Positions 21,470 to 34,465 of a DNA stretch of 64,000 nucleotides are shown here, piece by piece. How positions within the stretch are numbered: position 1 is the first letter of the stretch; each line of letters begins with the position of its first letter. The position numbers were made by a program, and so were the translations under genes. The DNA lies in assembly GCA_976226885.1 (NCBI GenBank), contig OZ320314.1:89218001-89282000 (forward strand), read 5' to 3'. The notes under the pieces were generated by a model. The model had not been told where the DNA came from, searched no databases, and saw nothing but the letters and a program-made list of their open reading frames with translations. The stretch is from Iphione sp. A-MEVVRFRX5 (taxonomy: Eukaryota).

Positions 21470-23790
21470 CCCTACAGCGCCGGCTTGTATCCCCAGGGAT
21501 ACACCGTATATGCCGGCTTGTATCCCTGGGGATACATCCGTGTGGTGCCCGGATGTATCTCTGAGGATACATACATACATTGTTTAGTTTGATATAATTA
21601 TTTTTAAATATAACAACAGGAGAAGGGTTTATATTGGGAGATTATTGGAAAATATCATTTTCTATTAATATTTACTTTTTCGTAGTAGATAGGTCTTGAG
21701 AAGCCTAACCACAAGAGTATATTTGTAATTATTTGTTTCGTATTGGTTAGCTGGATTACTAGCAGCCGACATTACGTGTTTTTGTGCCACAGTTCATTGA
21801 ATAGGGAATCTATCATGGAGAATGAGGACGAATTTGACTCTGATGATGGTATTAGGGTCGAAGACATGCCAGATGAATTAAATCAGATTATTGATGGTCA
21901 GTCCAGCTCTGAGGATGATTCAGAAGTGGCAGATGACAACGACGACAGTGAATATGAAGATGATGATGTGGCATTCACTGAGCTGCTCGCAGTTACCCAA
22001 GACTGAATAGATTACAGTGGATGGCGTACCCTGAAGGCAGGAACAGATGACCCTACACCGAACATTGTATTTGATGAAGCGGAATGTGGTGTGGCCAATG
22101 ATAGTAGTTTAGATGAAACTTCAAGTCCCCTCAGCGTATTTTCACTGTTCCTTACCATGGATCTCCTGACATGATCATAAAACGAACAAATCAACGTGGC
22201 GCTGTTGATGGAGCTACAGGTCCGAAGTCCCACATGAAAAAGTGGGTTGAGATGACAGTAAATGAACTGAAATGTTTTCTTGGACTTGGACTACTGATGG
22301 GAATCGACAGGAAACCATCACTAAGGAATTATTGGTCTGACTGTGTTTACCTGATGGCACCCATTTTCCCCCATGTAATGACTTGTGATCGGTTCTTGAG
22401 TATCCTCAGGTGAGATATAATTTTTCAGCATTATTTGTGTATGTAGAAATGTGAATTACATGTCATTTTATGCATTTTTTCAACAATAGTCACAAATTTC
22501 AGTGAATCCAATGAATTCATGTGTTTCTTTTATCACTGTTTACAGACATTTGGCATTCTGTGACGCAGAGAGTGCTGCAGACGGTGTACGAGCCCCATTC
22601 CACCCGTTATGGAAAATAATGAAAATCATCGATGCCTTCAACTCTGCTGCAAAGAAATGGTATAAACCCAAATGAGAGATGTCTGTGGATGAAACTCTGG
22701 TTTCATTTAAAGGAAAAATCTACTGCAAACAGTACATGCCCAATGAGCCCCATAAATGGGGGCTTAAGATGTGGACGTTGGCAGAGGCAGCTACTGGTGA
22801 GTATGAAGTAATTTATATGGTCATATTACATATGTATAAATGTGGTGTAAATAAAAAAATTACATTTTGTGTATATTTCTTCAAAATAGCTACAATTATA
22901 TAAAATACTTAGAGAAATATTCTTTTTCTGCAGGTTATGTCACTCAGTTGTTACCCTACTATGGGAAGGAGCCTCGACATGGTCTACCCCTGGCGGAATT
23001 CGTAGTGTCAAAAATTGTTCACATGGCTGGTGTCACTGGTAAAGGAATAAGACTTTACATGGATAATTTTTTCTCAACTGTTCCTCTCTTCAAAAAAATG
23101 TATGATTTAGGCATTTACTGTTGCGGTACTGTACGCAAAAATCGCCGCTTTCTCCCAAGGAATGTCATGAAGAAAACCCAGTATGTCTTGGCAAAGCTAG
23201 GGGATGTCAAATTTTTTTCTAAGGGTGTTCTCAAACTGTTTGCATGGAGGGATAAAAAAGTGGTCCATCTTTTATCTACTTGTCATGGAACTAAAATGGA
23301 AGAAACCTTTCGTGCTGGCAAAGACCCTAAGACAGGAAAGTTTAGCAAAGTAAATATTCAGTGTCCCTCTGCAGTGACCCAATACTCAAAATTCATGGGT
23401 GGGGTTGACTTATTCCACCAATACATTCAATACTATATACATAACAAGAAAACAATTCGCTGGACATTGAAAATTTTCTGGTTTCTTTTGGAATTGATGA
23501 AAGTAAATTCTTACATTATGTACAAGTCCCTCCACCCTAACAATGCTAAAATGAGCTTCTTGGATTTTTCTTTGAAACTGATTGATGAATTGGTTGGAGG
23601 TTTGCCTGTATCGATCATTGACAATCCAAGACAATGAGAAAAATAATCCAGAATAACAAGTTTGCCTTCACGATGCATGCCAGGAACCCTCCCAAGGAAA
23701 GCTCGTTGTAAAGTCTGTTACATGAGATATTCTGCAAGGCTGGGTGTTAAGTTAGGACAAACTAAATATGGGTGTGAATCGGAGCCTTAT
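21470..23790 (+). mobile_element. piggyBac transposon, right end missing
   Basis: TTAA|CCCT left end with subterminal palindromes GTATCCC(C/T)(A/G)GGGATAC and transposase homology; no matching right TIR found. Confidence 0.85.
21815..23760 (+). pseudogene. piggyBac transposase with two GT-AG introns (22410-22545, 22797-22933)
   Basis: Catalytic SVDE, MDNFF, MGGVD; splicing restores ILR|HLAF and ATG|YV in frame; several stops and frameshifts. Confidence 0.88.
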
Positions 23791-24038
23791 ATCAGGAAGT
23801 CATTCTTGTAAGACAGGACTAGACATATACAGAAGCCGTTATGCTATAGGACTTTTTTGCAACAGATTCAAGCAAGTAGTAATCATTTAGTTAGTAACTT
23901 ACGAACCTATGAACATTTTAAACATACATTCCAGAGATGGACAGTTTTTTCACCAGAAACTTTAACACAGGCTTCGATGGTAGTAGCATAAAGGCTCCAT
24001 TTATGTACTTCAGAGTTAATATATCCCAGTTAAAATCA

Positions 24039-24076
24039 CCCCTGATGAAGGCACAAGAATTGTCCGAAACGTTGGG
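24039..24076 (+). ncRNA. Minimal type I hammerhead ribozyme (Penelope pLTR type)
   Basis: CCC-CTGATGA-AGGCACAAGAATTGTCC-GAAACGTT-GGG: conserved core, stem I CCC/GGG, stem II, palindromic ACGT stem III. Confidence 0.6.
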
Positions 24077-24136
24077 AATTAAAAAACACCAAAACTTATA
24101 TGCCACGTTGTGTTTGTATGTTCTCTACACTTTTAT

Positions 24137-25353
24137 TCATATTAATACATGTATAAAATGTTTATCATTGTTGATACATACAAAAGCAGTTGATGTGCTT
24201 CGTTGTTTCCTGAAACCATGCTGCTCTTCTGCAAATTGCTTCGATGATTCCAGATACTCTGTTATCTGTTTATGTGCAAATTTTTCAACACGTTTGCCAA
24301 ATGCAGGAAGAAATAATATCGACTTATAGTTAGCTATATCATAAGCTGGGGGCTTTTTCAGAAGAGGGCTGAATCGCGCCACCTTCCAGGCTTCCAAGAA
24401 GACACCAGCCGTCAACGATATATTGCCAAGTTTATAGATCAGGACCAGAAATACAAATAGTGCATCTTTATAGACTATCAGAGGTACGCTATCTAGACCT
24501 GTAGGCTTGTTTACATTGTGATCCTTAATATTTCCTTTCTCACCTCATCCAGGGTTAGAGGCTTTAGGTTCCACTCACCTTGACTGTCAGGAGTGGTTAT
24601 ACCAATCTGTGGATCAGGTAACTGGAATGACAAGTTTGATTAATGAAATGAGTGTTTAAAATAGTCAGAACGTCAGCTATATGAACAGAAACATCATTAA
24701 TTGTCAGTTTGATATCAGGTACAACAGTTTTCTTATTAAGAATTATAAAATTAATTACCCTCCAATAGTCCATCGAGTTCTTATATCTGCTTGGCTTGGA
24801 CGCCACATACACTTTCTTGGCTAGACGTACAGATTTCTTTACTTGTTGTTTATAGAACTTGGTTATGCAGAGACTATTTTTACAACCTGTTTCCAAAAAC
24901 AGAGAGAAGAAAATCCCTATTTTTTATATTCTCCCTGATTTCATCATTCATATACGGATTTCGCCGGCGACTTCTCCTTTTAACCATAAAACAAAAGGGA
25001 TTGGCAGCTAGACGCATACTACATTCTATTCGCTCCCACGTTTGGTCTAGGTTTTGCATGTTGTCACCTTCTACCATGGATACAGTTATGTCAAAGAAAT
25101 CAGCTAAAATAAATAGATTGTAATATCTGTACGTCGTCCCTTCATAAGTCACAGAGTTCTTGGTCTCTCTACCCTTCTTGTTAACGAGAAACACTGCTCC
25201 AAAGAATGAGTCCCATTCACCTCCTGCTAAGTATTTTGAGCCTGTGCCCAGTACGGTATTACAAATTAAACCACCTGCTTTTCTCGTCTCTCTTTGTTCC
25301 AACCATCCCTCCGAGTACATTCTTCTATGTAACTGTACTGTTCTTCTGGTCAA
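24137..25353 (-). pseudogene. Degenerate CR1/L2-like LINE ORF2 fragment
   Basis: WKVARFSPLLKK...NYKSILFLPAFGKRVEK...QHGFRKQRST on the minus strand; many indels. Confidence 0.8.
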
Positions 25354-25779
25354 TCAAGTGTGGCCGAGATGAAATCTGATCAGGTCCGACTGTGGTGAGG
25401 GTTAGGTGAGGATACGAACCCATTTCTTATTCTCTCTGTGCATTGCCTGTGTGAGGGCAAGCTCTCTTATCTAAGTACTGTGCCATAGAGGCTGAACAAA
25501 GGTAAGACCATAATTCTTTCATTTATTGCAGAGTTAAAGTCTATTTATGAAAAGTGTACGCTGCAGATGATCCATACACACGGAAAGGCCTCCCTGCCAC
25601 CTGGTACGTGGTGTGCAGCCCCCCTGCCCTCCTGTCGGGCATGCAGATTTTCAATACACGTACATGGAAAAGGCCCCCTAAAGGGAGCAAACATGGACAG
25701 ATGTATACCAATGTGTGTTTTATTCTCTCTTGATTTCAGATACGGCTGTTTATATACGCTGTACATAGAATGACATAAT

Positions 25780-27355
25780 TATTGTATACATATCAGTATA
25801 CATGATTTTTAAGAAGCAGAGCGTGTGAAAACATGTTCGGACTTATTCTACAAGGATGGTGACATCCTCACAGTACGATGCAAACCCGGGAATAGAAAGG
25901 CACACATAGTCATAGTTGTCTATCGACCACCATCAGGGTCCCTGGACCTTTTTCTTGAATGACTGACAGCTGCAGCGAGCAAATGCATAAGGGATGGCAG
26001 GGCCCTTCTAACAATAATGGGAGACTTCAACGTAAACTGGCACCTAAGAGGCTCACCAAGGCAGAAATGTGAATTGTTTGCCACTACACTAACCCTTGAA
26101 CAAGTAGTTACTGATTCAACCCACAGTAACAAGTGACCACTGGGTTACTTATGTTACATTTAAGAAGCAATGAGCAAAAAGGAGGGGGCGCAAGATTGAG
26201 AGCAGGGACCTCAGGGACTACTCATTCAATAAGCTTAGGGATGCCCTTGACAGCTCGGACTGGAAAACTAACAAAGACGAGTCAGTGAATGAGACATGGG
26301 ACCACTGGTTAGACAATGTCAAAAGAGCTAGTGATGATATTGCACCATTGAGAAAGAAAACAGTTAGGAGGACATCTGAGTCTGGTGGGATGACAACAGC
26401 ATTGAGCTAGGGAGGGAATGTGACTACTTTAGGAAAAAGTGGGTACGGACAGGCTCTGAGGATGACAAGCATATATCCAATTTCTATCCAAACATAGTAA
26501 ACAGAGCCATCATTGCACGGAAGCAAGCCTCCATTAGGGATGCACTGCTTGAAAGTGCTGGAGATGACAGTAAGGTTTGGCGGATCCTTACCGAGGTGAC
26601 TATGGGGCAGAAGAGACAGGATAAGGAAATAGTACTGGGAACTGAAGACTCTCAAGTATCAGGCAAAGAGGCAGCAGAAAAGTTAAACGACTGGTTCATA
26701 GACTCTGTCACTGCACTTAGCGATAACACCAAAGCAAGGTGCGGAACACCTTGTGACAATAGGGAGACACTGGCCAGCTTTAAAGAGGTAAAGTACGAGG
26801 AAGTGGCAAAATTGATAAATAAAATCAAAGTAAGCAAAAGCACAGGGCTAGGCAATCTGAAAGCAATCATCATTAAAGATGCCTTAAAAATCATGATCCA
26901 CTATTTTACAGATTTGCTCAACCACTCTTTAGCAACAGGAGTCTTTCCAAGAGGATGGAAATCAGCCACCGTCATCCCACTGCCCAAATCGGGCAAAACC
27001 AGTGACCCAGCAAACTACAGACCAGTGGTCCTCCTCCCGATACCGGGTAAATTACTGGAAAATGTGGTATACAAGCAGGTAAACGAATATGTGGAGAGCC
27101 ATAATATTCTAAACACTGGTTAATTCGGTTTCCGTGCAGGCAGGAGCACCCAAACAGGTTCCGGAGTCCTGCTGAAGTCTGCACTTGAAAATCTGAATGA
27201 GGGCAAATACTTGGCCATATCATTGTTGGACATGTCCAAGGCATTTGACTTGGTCAACCATAACGTAATTCTTGAGAAGCTGTACAACTATGGGTTCCGA
27301 GACAAGACACTTGAGTGGCTAGGGTCATACCTGCAGGGGAGAACACGATCAGTAT
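25780..27355 (+). pseudogene. CR1/L2-like LINE ORF2, 5' part (endonuclease to RT), split by Gypsy-2
   Basis: YRPP and GDFN endonuclease motifs; WKSATVIPLPK, NYRPVVLLP, FGFRAGRST, DMSKAFDLVNH. Confidence 0.88.
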
Positions 27356-27599
27356 TGTGGCGCGCGTGCGGGGATGTCTGAGCAGAGTGTGTGCGAGCAT
27401 GGTTGTGCGGATGAGTGGGCGTGTGATGTTGGTTGTGCGAGTATATCTGTGCAAGCTAGCTCCTCAGTGATGTTATATAAGGGTGAGCAGGAGATGGGGC
27501 TGGCTCAGTTTAAGTCTTGTTTTCATGGAATAAAGACCTGTTATTCTTACCTCTGCATTCCCGGAGTCATGAGTTTAAGAAGCGGTAGACAATGCAACA
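27356..27599 (+). repeat. 5' LTR of Gypsy-2
   Basis: TG...CA termini; roughly 15 differences against the 3' LTR by eye. Confidence 0.95.
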
Positions 27600-27685
27600 T
27601 TGGTGGCAGCGGTGGGATCCTCCCCGAAACTGATTTGGGATATTGTGATCTCTTTGGGGAGAATTTTCGGACTAGTACCGCTTCA

Positions 27686-29010
27686 GACATGGAGAATGTG
27701 GAGGGCGAGCCAAGTGGTGTGGGCTGCGGTGATGATGGGCAGTGCATGAACACCTCCGCATCGACGGATAGGCACAGCGCGGAGGCCACGCACGTTCAGC
27801 AGCGCACAGAGAAGCGCGGAGCGGGGGCCACGCACGAGCTGCAGTGCACTGGTGCGCTCGTCCCGCATGCTAATGCTCCGCATGGCCAGCGTACGGGGAC
27901 TGTGCACGGCGGACACACAGGATTCACGCAGCTCGTGCGTGGGCGTCCCACGCCACACCCCTCCTCGTCGACGCCTACCCTCTCCAGTGACTGCATCAAA
28001 GGGGATCGGTCGGCTCGGCGCCGGAGCATGGTGGGAACGGTCCCTGAAGGTGAAGAGGAGGAGTATGAGGAAGAAGGAGAAGCATCAGAAGAGGAGTCAG
28101 ATGATGAGGGGGAGGAAGATCAAGGTGTGGAAAGGAGTGAGCACCCGTCCAAAGAATTCCCCGCGACTAAGCCCAACCTGATTCGTGACTTAGCGCAGGC
28201 CTTAATGGCCGCCTCCCAGCAGGGGATGCCTCGGAAGTGTGTGGTGAAGCCCGAGGTTTACGACAGGACGACACCCCTCACTGATTACGTACAGCACTTC
28301 AAATGGGTTGTGCTCGCAAACCGATGGAACGATAAAGAAAAGGCACTGCAGATGAATGAATGAATGAATAGTGTTTATTAACCAAATCTCATACCCCCAG
28401 GCTTATCAGAAGTTGACGCAATTTCTCAAACAACGCTTCATGTCTAAGGACCAGGCAGGTCTCTTTGAACAACAACTTAAAGGGAAGTGTCAAGCCAAGG
28501 ATGAGGACCTTAACCAACTAGCAGAAGAGGTGGAACGCCTCGTTCGTCAAGCATACCTGGAAGCGGAGGGCCAGTGGCTTGACAGGATGTCCCGTGAGTA
28601 TTTCACGGGGGCCCTCCGTGACAAGCCCATCCGCAAGCAGGTGACGTTGTCCAAATCCAACACCTTTCAGGGGGCTTTGTCCCAGGCCCTGCTCGTGGAT
28701 TCGTATTACTGGGCAGAAGCCGAACGGGTCGGGCCCAACCACGTCCGTGTTGCAGAGGAAGTGGAGGGGCCGGGGAGATGGTGGCCATGGTCACCTCCAA
28801 TCCAGAAGGTGATTCGGCTACTCTGGAACAAATTGAAAGACTGCTGTAGTAGTTGGTGGCACCCGAAGAACCCAGGACGGATACCCAACGATCACGTAAA
28901 GGAAACAAGAAAGGCAAGTGCCATTTTTGTGATGTCGTCGGACATTTCAAGAGAGACTGTGAAAAATGGCAAGCCTACCAGGCAGGAAATGGCAACCCGC
29001 CCGCCCCGGA
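27686..29010 (+). pseudogene. gag: gag of Gypsy-2
   Basis: KPEVYDRTTPLTDYVQHFKWVVLANRW; CCHC knuckle CHFCDVVGHFKRDC near 28920; interrupted near 28355. Confidence 0.88.
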
Positions 29011-32000
29011 ACAGTAGGGCGGGTGGAGAGCCAGCCCGATGAAGATTGGCCTGAGCAGCTAGCTGTCCAACTAGCCTCTACGGCCAACAGGATGTTACAA
29101 GCATCACGTGGCACCTCTGAGAAAGGCTGGGTGTTGACGGGAACTATCCAAGAGGTTGAAGTACGTTGGTTGATTGATACGGGAGCCTCAGTGACAGTGC
29201 TAGTGTCACAGATTTTTGAAAGGCTCAATGGGGTACCATTGCTACCCTCGCGGGGACGTATTCTTTGTGCTGACGGGCAACCCCTGGAGGTGCTTGGGAG
29301 TGCTAGACTCACCGTCCAGTTTGAGGGAATGTGGCTGCCTATGTCAGCGCATGTGGGTCACATCGAAGCCGATGGGTTATTGGGACTGGACACCTTTGAA
29401 GCCTGGGGCGCAGCCATTCATAGGAATACTGGCAGAGTTGAGGTTACTTTCCCCAGAGAAGAGGGGAGAGTGTTAGCCAAGGAGAAGAGTGTCATTCCCG
29501 GTCGTAGTCAACAAGTGTTAGCCGTGAGTCTACCCAAAGGAGGGGAACAGGGACTGACTTTAGTGGAACTGGGTGCTAACTTTGAGGATTGCACAGGGCT
29601 CCATCTATTGCCAGTGGTGTTGGACCCGAAAATGACTGATCCCGGAATTCCCATGTGGAATCCTGGCGAGGACCCTCTTAGGATCTACTCTGGAGCCTGT
29701 GTGGGAACTGCATGCTCAGTTGCCCTTTGTGAGGCTCCCGAGGCGGATAGGGAGGACCTTCACCAAGAGTGCCAGGAAGCCATTGAGGAGTTAATGGCGA
29801 CGCTACCTTCCACTGTGAACCCTGAGGAAAAGGTGATGGTACGACGTTTGTTGGAGAGATTCAGCACCATCTTACAGACAGCCTCCAGCATGCCCGGCAC
29901 ACTGAACTGATAACCCACCAAATTGATATACAGGGACACCCACCTATTTGCCAAAGGGCATGTCAAGTCCCCTGTGACAAACGGTCCCTGATCCAACGGG
30001 AGATCAGTAAAATGTTGGATCAAGGGGTGCTGGAAGCCTCCGTCAGTCCCTGGGCTTCTCCAGTACTCCTGGTGCATAAGAAGGATGGGGGAGTACGATT
30101 TTGCGTGGATTACAGGCAGCTCAATCATTGCACCAAGAAAGACGCCTATCCGCTCCCTCGCATAGACAACACCCTTGACGCTTTGCAGGGAGCGCGTTTC
30201 TTCTCTATCTTGGACTTGGCCAGTGGTTACTGGCAAGTGGGTGTACACCTGGAGGACCGGGAGAAGACCGCTGTCAGTACCACCGAAGGACTGTTCCAAT
30301 TTTGAGTGATGCGATTTGGACTCTGCAACGCCCCCTCAACCTTTGAAAGATTGATGGAGGCCATCTTGTGGGGCATTGTGGGGGACAAAAGTTTGGTTTA
30401 CCTCAACGATGTGATAGTCCTGGGCAACGACATCCAAGACTCTTGTCAGAATTTGGAGCTAGTCTTCCAGCAATTCTCAGATGCCGGTCTCAAGGTGAAA
30501 CCATCCAAGTGTCAACTTTGTCAAGAAGAGGTTAGATACCTGGGGCATGTTGTTTCCATGAAAGGCATTGCCACTGATCCTCAGAAGAACAGGGCTATAC
30601 AAGATTGGCCAGCACCTCAGTGTGCGACCAAGGTTAGAAGCTTCGTCGGTCTGGCCTCTTACTATCGCAGTTTTGTATGCGGATTTGTGGACATCGCATC
30701 CCCCTTGATTGCCCTAACTGAGAAATGAGTGGAATTCCATTGGTCTCCAGAGTGCAAACAGTCCTTTGGTGAGTTGAAAGACCATCTCACCTCAGCTCCT
30801 GTGTTAGCCTACCCGAGAAGCAAGGGAGAGTTGTGCCTCAATACTGATGCATCTGTGGTGGGAGTAGGTCAGTTCTGAGCCAAGAGCAAGATGGGGAGGA
30901 GCGAGTCATCGCCTACGCCAGCTGACGGTTGAGTAAATCTGAAAGGAATTACTGTGTCCCTCAACTCCCTCAAGTGGCTGTGCCAGTTTTGGGAACCAGA
31001 GGGCCAATTAGCCAGATGGCTAGAGGAGGTGTTCTGTTACAACTTCAAGATTGTTCATCGCCCCGGCCGGAAACATGGGAACACGGATGCCCTCTCCCAT
31101 GTGGAATGTCGCCAATGTGGGAGAATGGAAGTGGACACTACCCCCGAGCAAGTCCATAGGCTAGAGCTCTAAAGTCATGACAACCGGCTGGGGATAGAAG
31201 TGGAAACCTGAGCTGAAGCTCTACCTGCTCGATTGCTGGACTGGTTGGAGAAGGGGGAAGGGGAGGCTCCCCAACCCACTCCCGAGTCTATGTGGGAAGA
31301 GAGGAAGCTATGTTCAGAGGTGGGCTGTTTGGAGCTGGACCGAGGGAAACTCATCCGTAGGTGGGAACTTGAAGACGGTTGGTCGCTGAGGCAATGTTAT
31401 GTGCCCAGAGTCTTGCACCAGAAACTGTGGAGTGCTACTCATGCAGGACCCACTGGGGGTTATCTGGGCATTGAGAAGACTCTGGGGGCGCTGCGACTTA
31501 AGTACTTCTGGCCCGGGCAGTGACGAGACATCTCTTGCTGGGGCCAGAGTTGTCCGGAGTGCCAGCAGTGGAAGCCACCTGGAGCCCTCCATCATTCACC
31601 ACTGCAGAGTAGAGGAGTGTCTGAGCCCTGGTTGTTGGTGTCAGTGGACGTGCTGGGACTGCTACTGTGCACGGAAAGAGGAAATCGTTATGCCTTGGTC
31701 GTGATGGACCATTTCACGAAGTGGGGAGAAGCGTTCCCACTGAAGGAGGTCACTGCAGTGTCCACTGCAGATGTGCTGGTCAAGGAGGTAGTCTGCAGAT
31801 TTGGGCCCCCATGCACGTTGCACTCTGACCAGGGAAGAAATTTTGAGAGCAGTCTGGTCGTGGAAGTCCTCAGGTTGCTGGGAGTACAGAAGACCCACAC
31901 TACCCCGTACCATCCACAAGCAGATAGGGTGGTAGAGCGGATGAATCGTACCCTCCTGGGAATGATTGCCACATCATGCAACCGGGCACAGGAGGAATGG

Positions 32001-32460
32001 GACCTACAACTTCCCTTTGTGATGGCCGCCTACAGGGCTACCCTCCATGCGAGTACCGGACACACCCCAAACTGGCTCATGACACAATGCAAGACCAAGC
32101 TGCCCGTAGAGGTAATGTATGGTGGACCAGGAGGAGAAGACCAAGACCCTTCCCTCTATGCCCAGGATCTACAGGAGAGGGCTCAGGCTGCCTACCATGG
32201 GGTGGCCCTGCAGCTGAAGAAGGTGGCTAAGAGGCAAGCTGACTGGTATGATGCCCATGTTCGACCCCAAAGACTGGAAGTGGGACAATCTGTGTGGTTA
32301 TTCCAGCCCATGAAGAAACCTGGTCATTCTCCTAAGCTGGAGTGCTGGTGGACAGGTCCATGGATCACAGATCAGTAGCTTTCTCAAGTGGTTTTTTGCA
32401 TCAAGAGAGGCAGACGCATGAAGATTGTGCATGGAGATCTTCTTAAGAAAGCAGTCCTGG
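28966..32460 (+). pseudogene. pol: pol of Gypsy-2 (PR-RT-RH-IN)
   Basis: WLIDTGASVT protease; SPWASPVLLV, CVDYRQLN, DLASGYWQ, FGLCNAP, YLND (second Asp lost); integrase SDQGRNFE, VERMNRTL; multiple stops and frameshifts. Confidence 0.93.
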
Positions 32461-32539
32461 ATCAATTGGCTGAGCCGAATAATCAGGAGTCTACTGAGGC
32501 TGAGTCTGTGGTAAGAAGATTGTTGATTGAGTGGTGCGA

Positions 32540-34153
32540 GTCCAGTTCGTGCGATGAAGATGCAACAGAGGCTCAACTGTGCGCGGAGCGTTGGCACGAC
32601 ATGTGTGAGAGTGTTTCACACAAAAGCAAGTGCGATGCTGGTGAAACGGTGTCACCCCCCTGTGGTTTGCGAGCCCATTACCAACCGCGCATGACAGAGG
32701 CACCACCTGGAAGGATGTGGATGAACCATTGGCTTATCGAAGGAGGATTGTTTTTGTCAGATTTCGAGCGGATAACCCCTACCCCCTTCAGAAAGGCTCC
32801 CGCCTCACGTGAATCTACTTGTGCATCTTCCATGAGTAACTATATGGAACAGACACCGAGTCCAAACAGCCCCCAGCGGGGACCGTAGGGATCCACCTAT
32901 AGAGCCAATGGATTCTCTACCTGTCGACCGAAAGGTGCCTCGTCGTCTGGAGTGTGTCCCTGATGATCTGGATCAGATGTGCCTGATGGAGGTCGATACC
33001 GGAGTGGAGCATGGGGACCAGGTGTCCTCTAGCGGGGGACATCGGGAACCGTCATAGCCCCCCTGCGGTCCCCTCCTCTACTCCGACTACCGAGACTTCT
33101 TCTGCCTTACCCATCAGGCCTATCGCTACCGCAGAAGATGGTAAGATTCTGGTTGAAGGTGTGCCTACTACTTTGGAATTCAAGCGGCCCATCTTGGTCA
33201 AGGAGACTACCCAGCCACCTCTGGAGGTGCCACCTCACTACTCTGACTTCAAGGACATTTCCTCAGCCTCTGAGGCTGAGACTGGGATTCCGCCTAGGTG
33301 CCTAACGTCCATCACGGTCACTGAAACGCCCCGACCTGTTTGACCTGGTCCTAGGACAGAGATCCGTAGCCCAGAGGATGGCCAGGAGGTCCACTGCAAA
33401 GGGGTGGCTCTGCTCCCTGGCCAAGAATTTGTCCAGACTTCGCCAGCACCGGGCCCCGAGAAGGGGAACAGCAATGCTGACAAGGTGACAGATGGTGACC
33501 AGCCACTACCCTCCACTGAACAGAATCCACCAGTGCAACTGGACGGTAGACATTCTGGTGCGGGTCAATCTCCACTCTCAGTTGGGGGCAATCAACTTAC
33601 GCGACCGAGCAGTGAGCAGCCAGGTACAGGTGATGCCAACCACCAAGGATTAGTGGCCAGAATTACTCCCCAGTGCTCATCTACCCTACCCCGTCCCAAC
33701 GCCCCTGGGAAGGCAGGAAGTGAACGTCTGAGAGGAACCGCAGATACCTCCTTGGACAAAGCCAGATTACTGGTGCATATGGGTAACAAGACCGAATGGT
33801 TTACTATTTCCGGGGAAGCCATAGTGGTATCCCAGCTGCTGATTTTGTGGCAGACAGCCAGAACTCCGAAGGTGCCCCCACCTCCTGGCTGGACCATTCA
33901 AGAAACCAAAGGACTCACCCGAGCCAGTGTAGAGGGGAGAGTTGTTACCCTGACCGTGGAACAATCTATGACACTCAGACGAGGGGACTTTGGCACCATC
34001 TTAGGAGTTAGGGTCTGGTATTATGAAAGATCCGCCATGTTGGAGGGCAGACAGCCCCGGTTAATAAGAGAGCAGTGGGGGCATACTAGCGACGGCCCTG
34101 TTGTGAGAGTGTTTACCATGTCCGAGGTTTTTGAGTACCTCTTAGATGAGTAG
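32540..34153 (+). pseudogene. Gypsy-2 accessory ORF3 (fragmented; C-terminal 249 codons open at 33404-34153)
   Basis: Lies between integrase and PPT; degenerate finger-like motifs at the 5' end, a disordered middle and a hydrophobic C-terminal segment resembling Gypsy-1 ORF3. Confidence 0.6.
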
Positions 34154-34465
34154 ATTGTTACCCCTTCTGGGTATGTTCCTCCTTCTCAGAGGTAGTTTAG
34201 TTGGTCTAGGGGGAGCGTCTTATACCAGTCCATCTTGGCCCCCCTGGTAGTGTCTCTGATTAGCAGAACACAGCTCTGGTGCTGTGCTGCACTGGTTTTT
34301 CTTCTCATGTTCTTACCTGCTATATAGGGCATTTTCTAGTTGTTATAGTCTGCTCTTGTTGACTGTAACCTTGCTGGGAAAGTACATTCTCAGAGTTGTG
34401 GTCTTGTTGCTGGGAAAGTTCATTCCCAGGGTTCTACCGGGGCGGTAGATCTAAGGAGGGGGATG

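Noticed and set aside
29460-29720. dUTPase-like stretch between protease and RT of Gypsy-2
   Set aside because: A degenerate spacer of this kind is common in animal Gypsy elements, and no catalytic motifs are evident.
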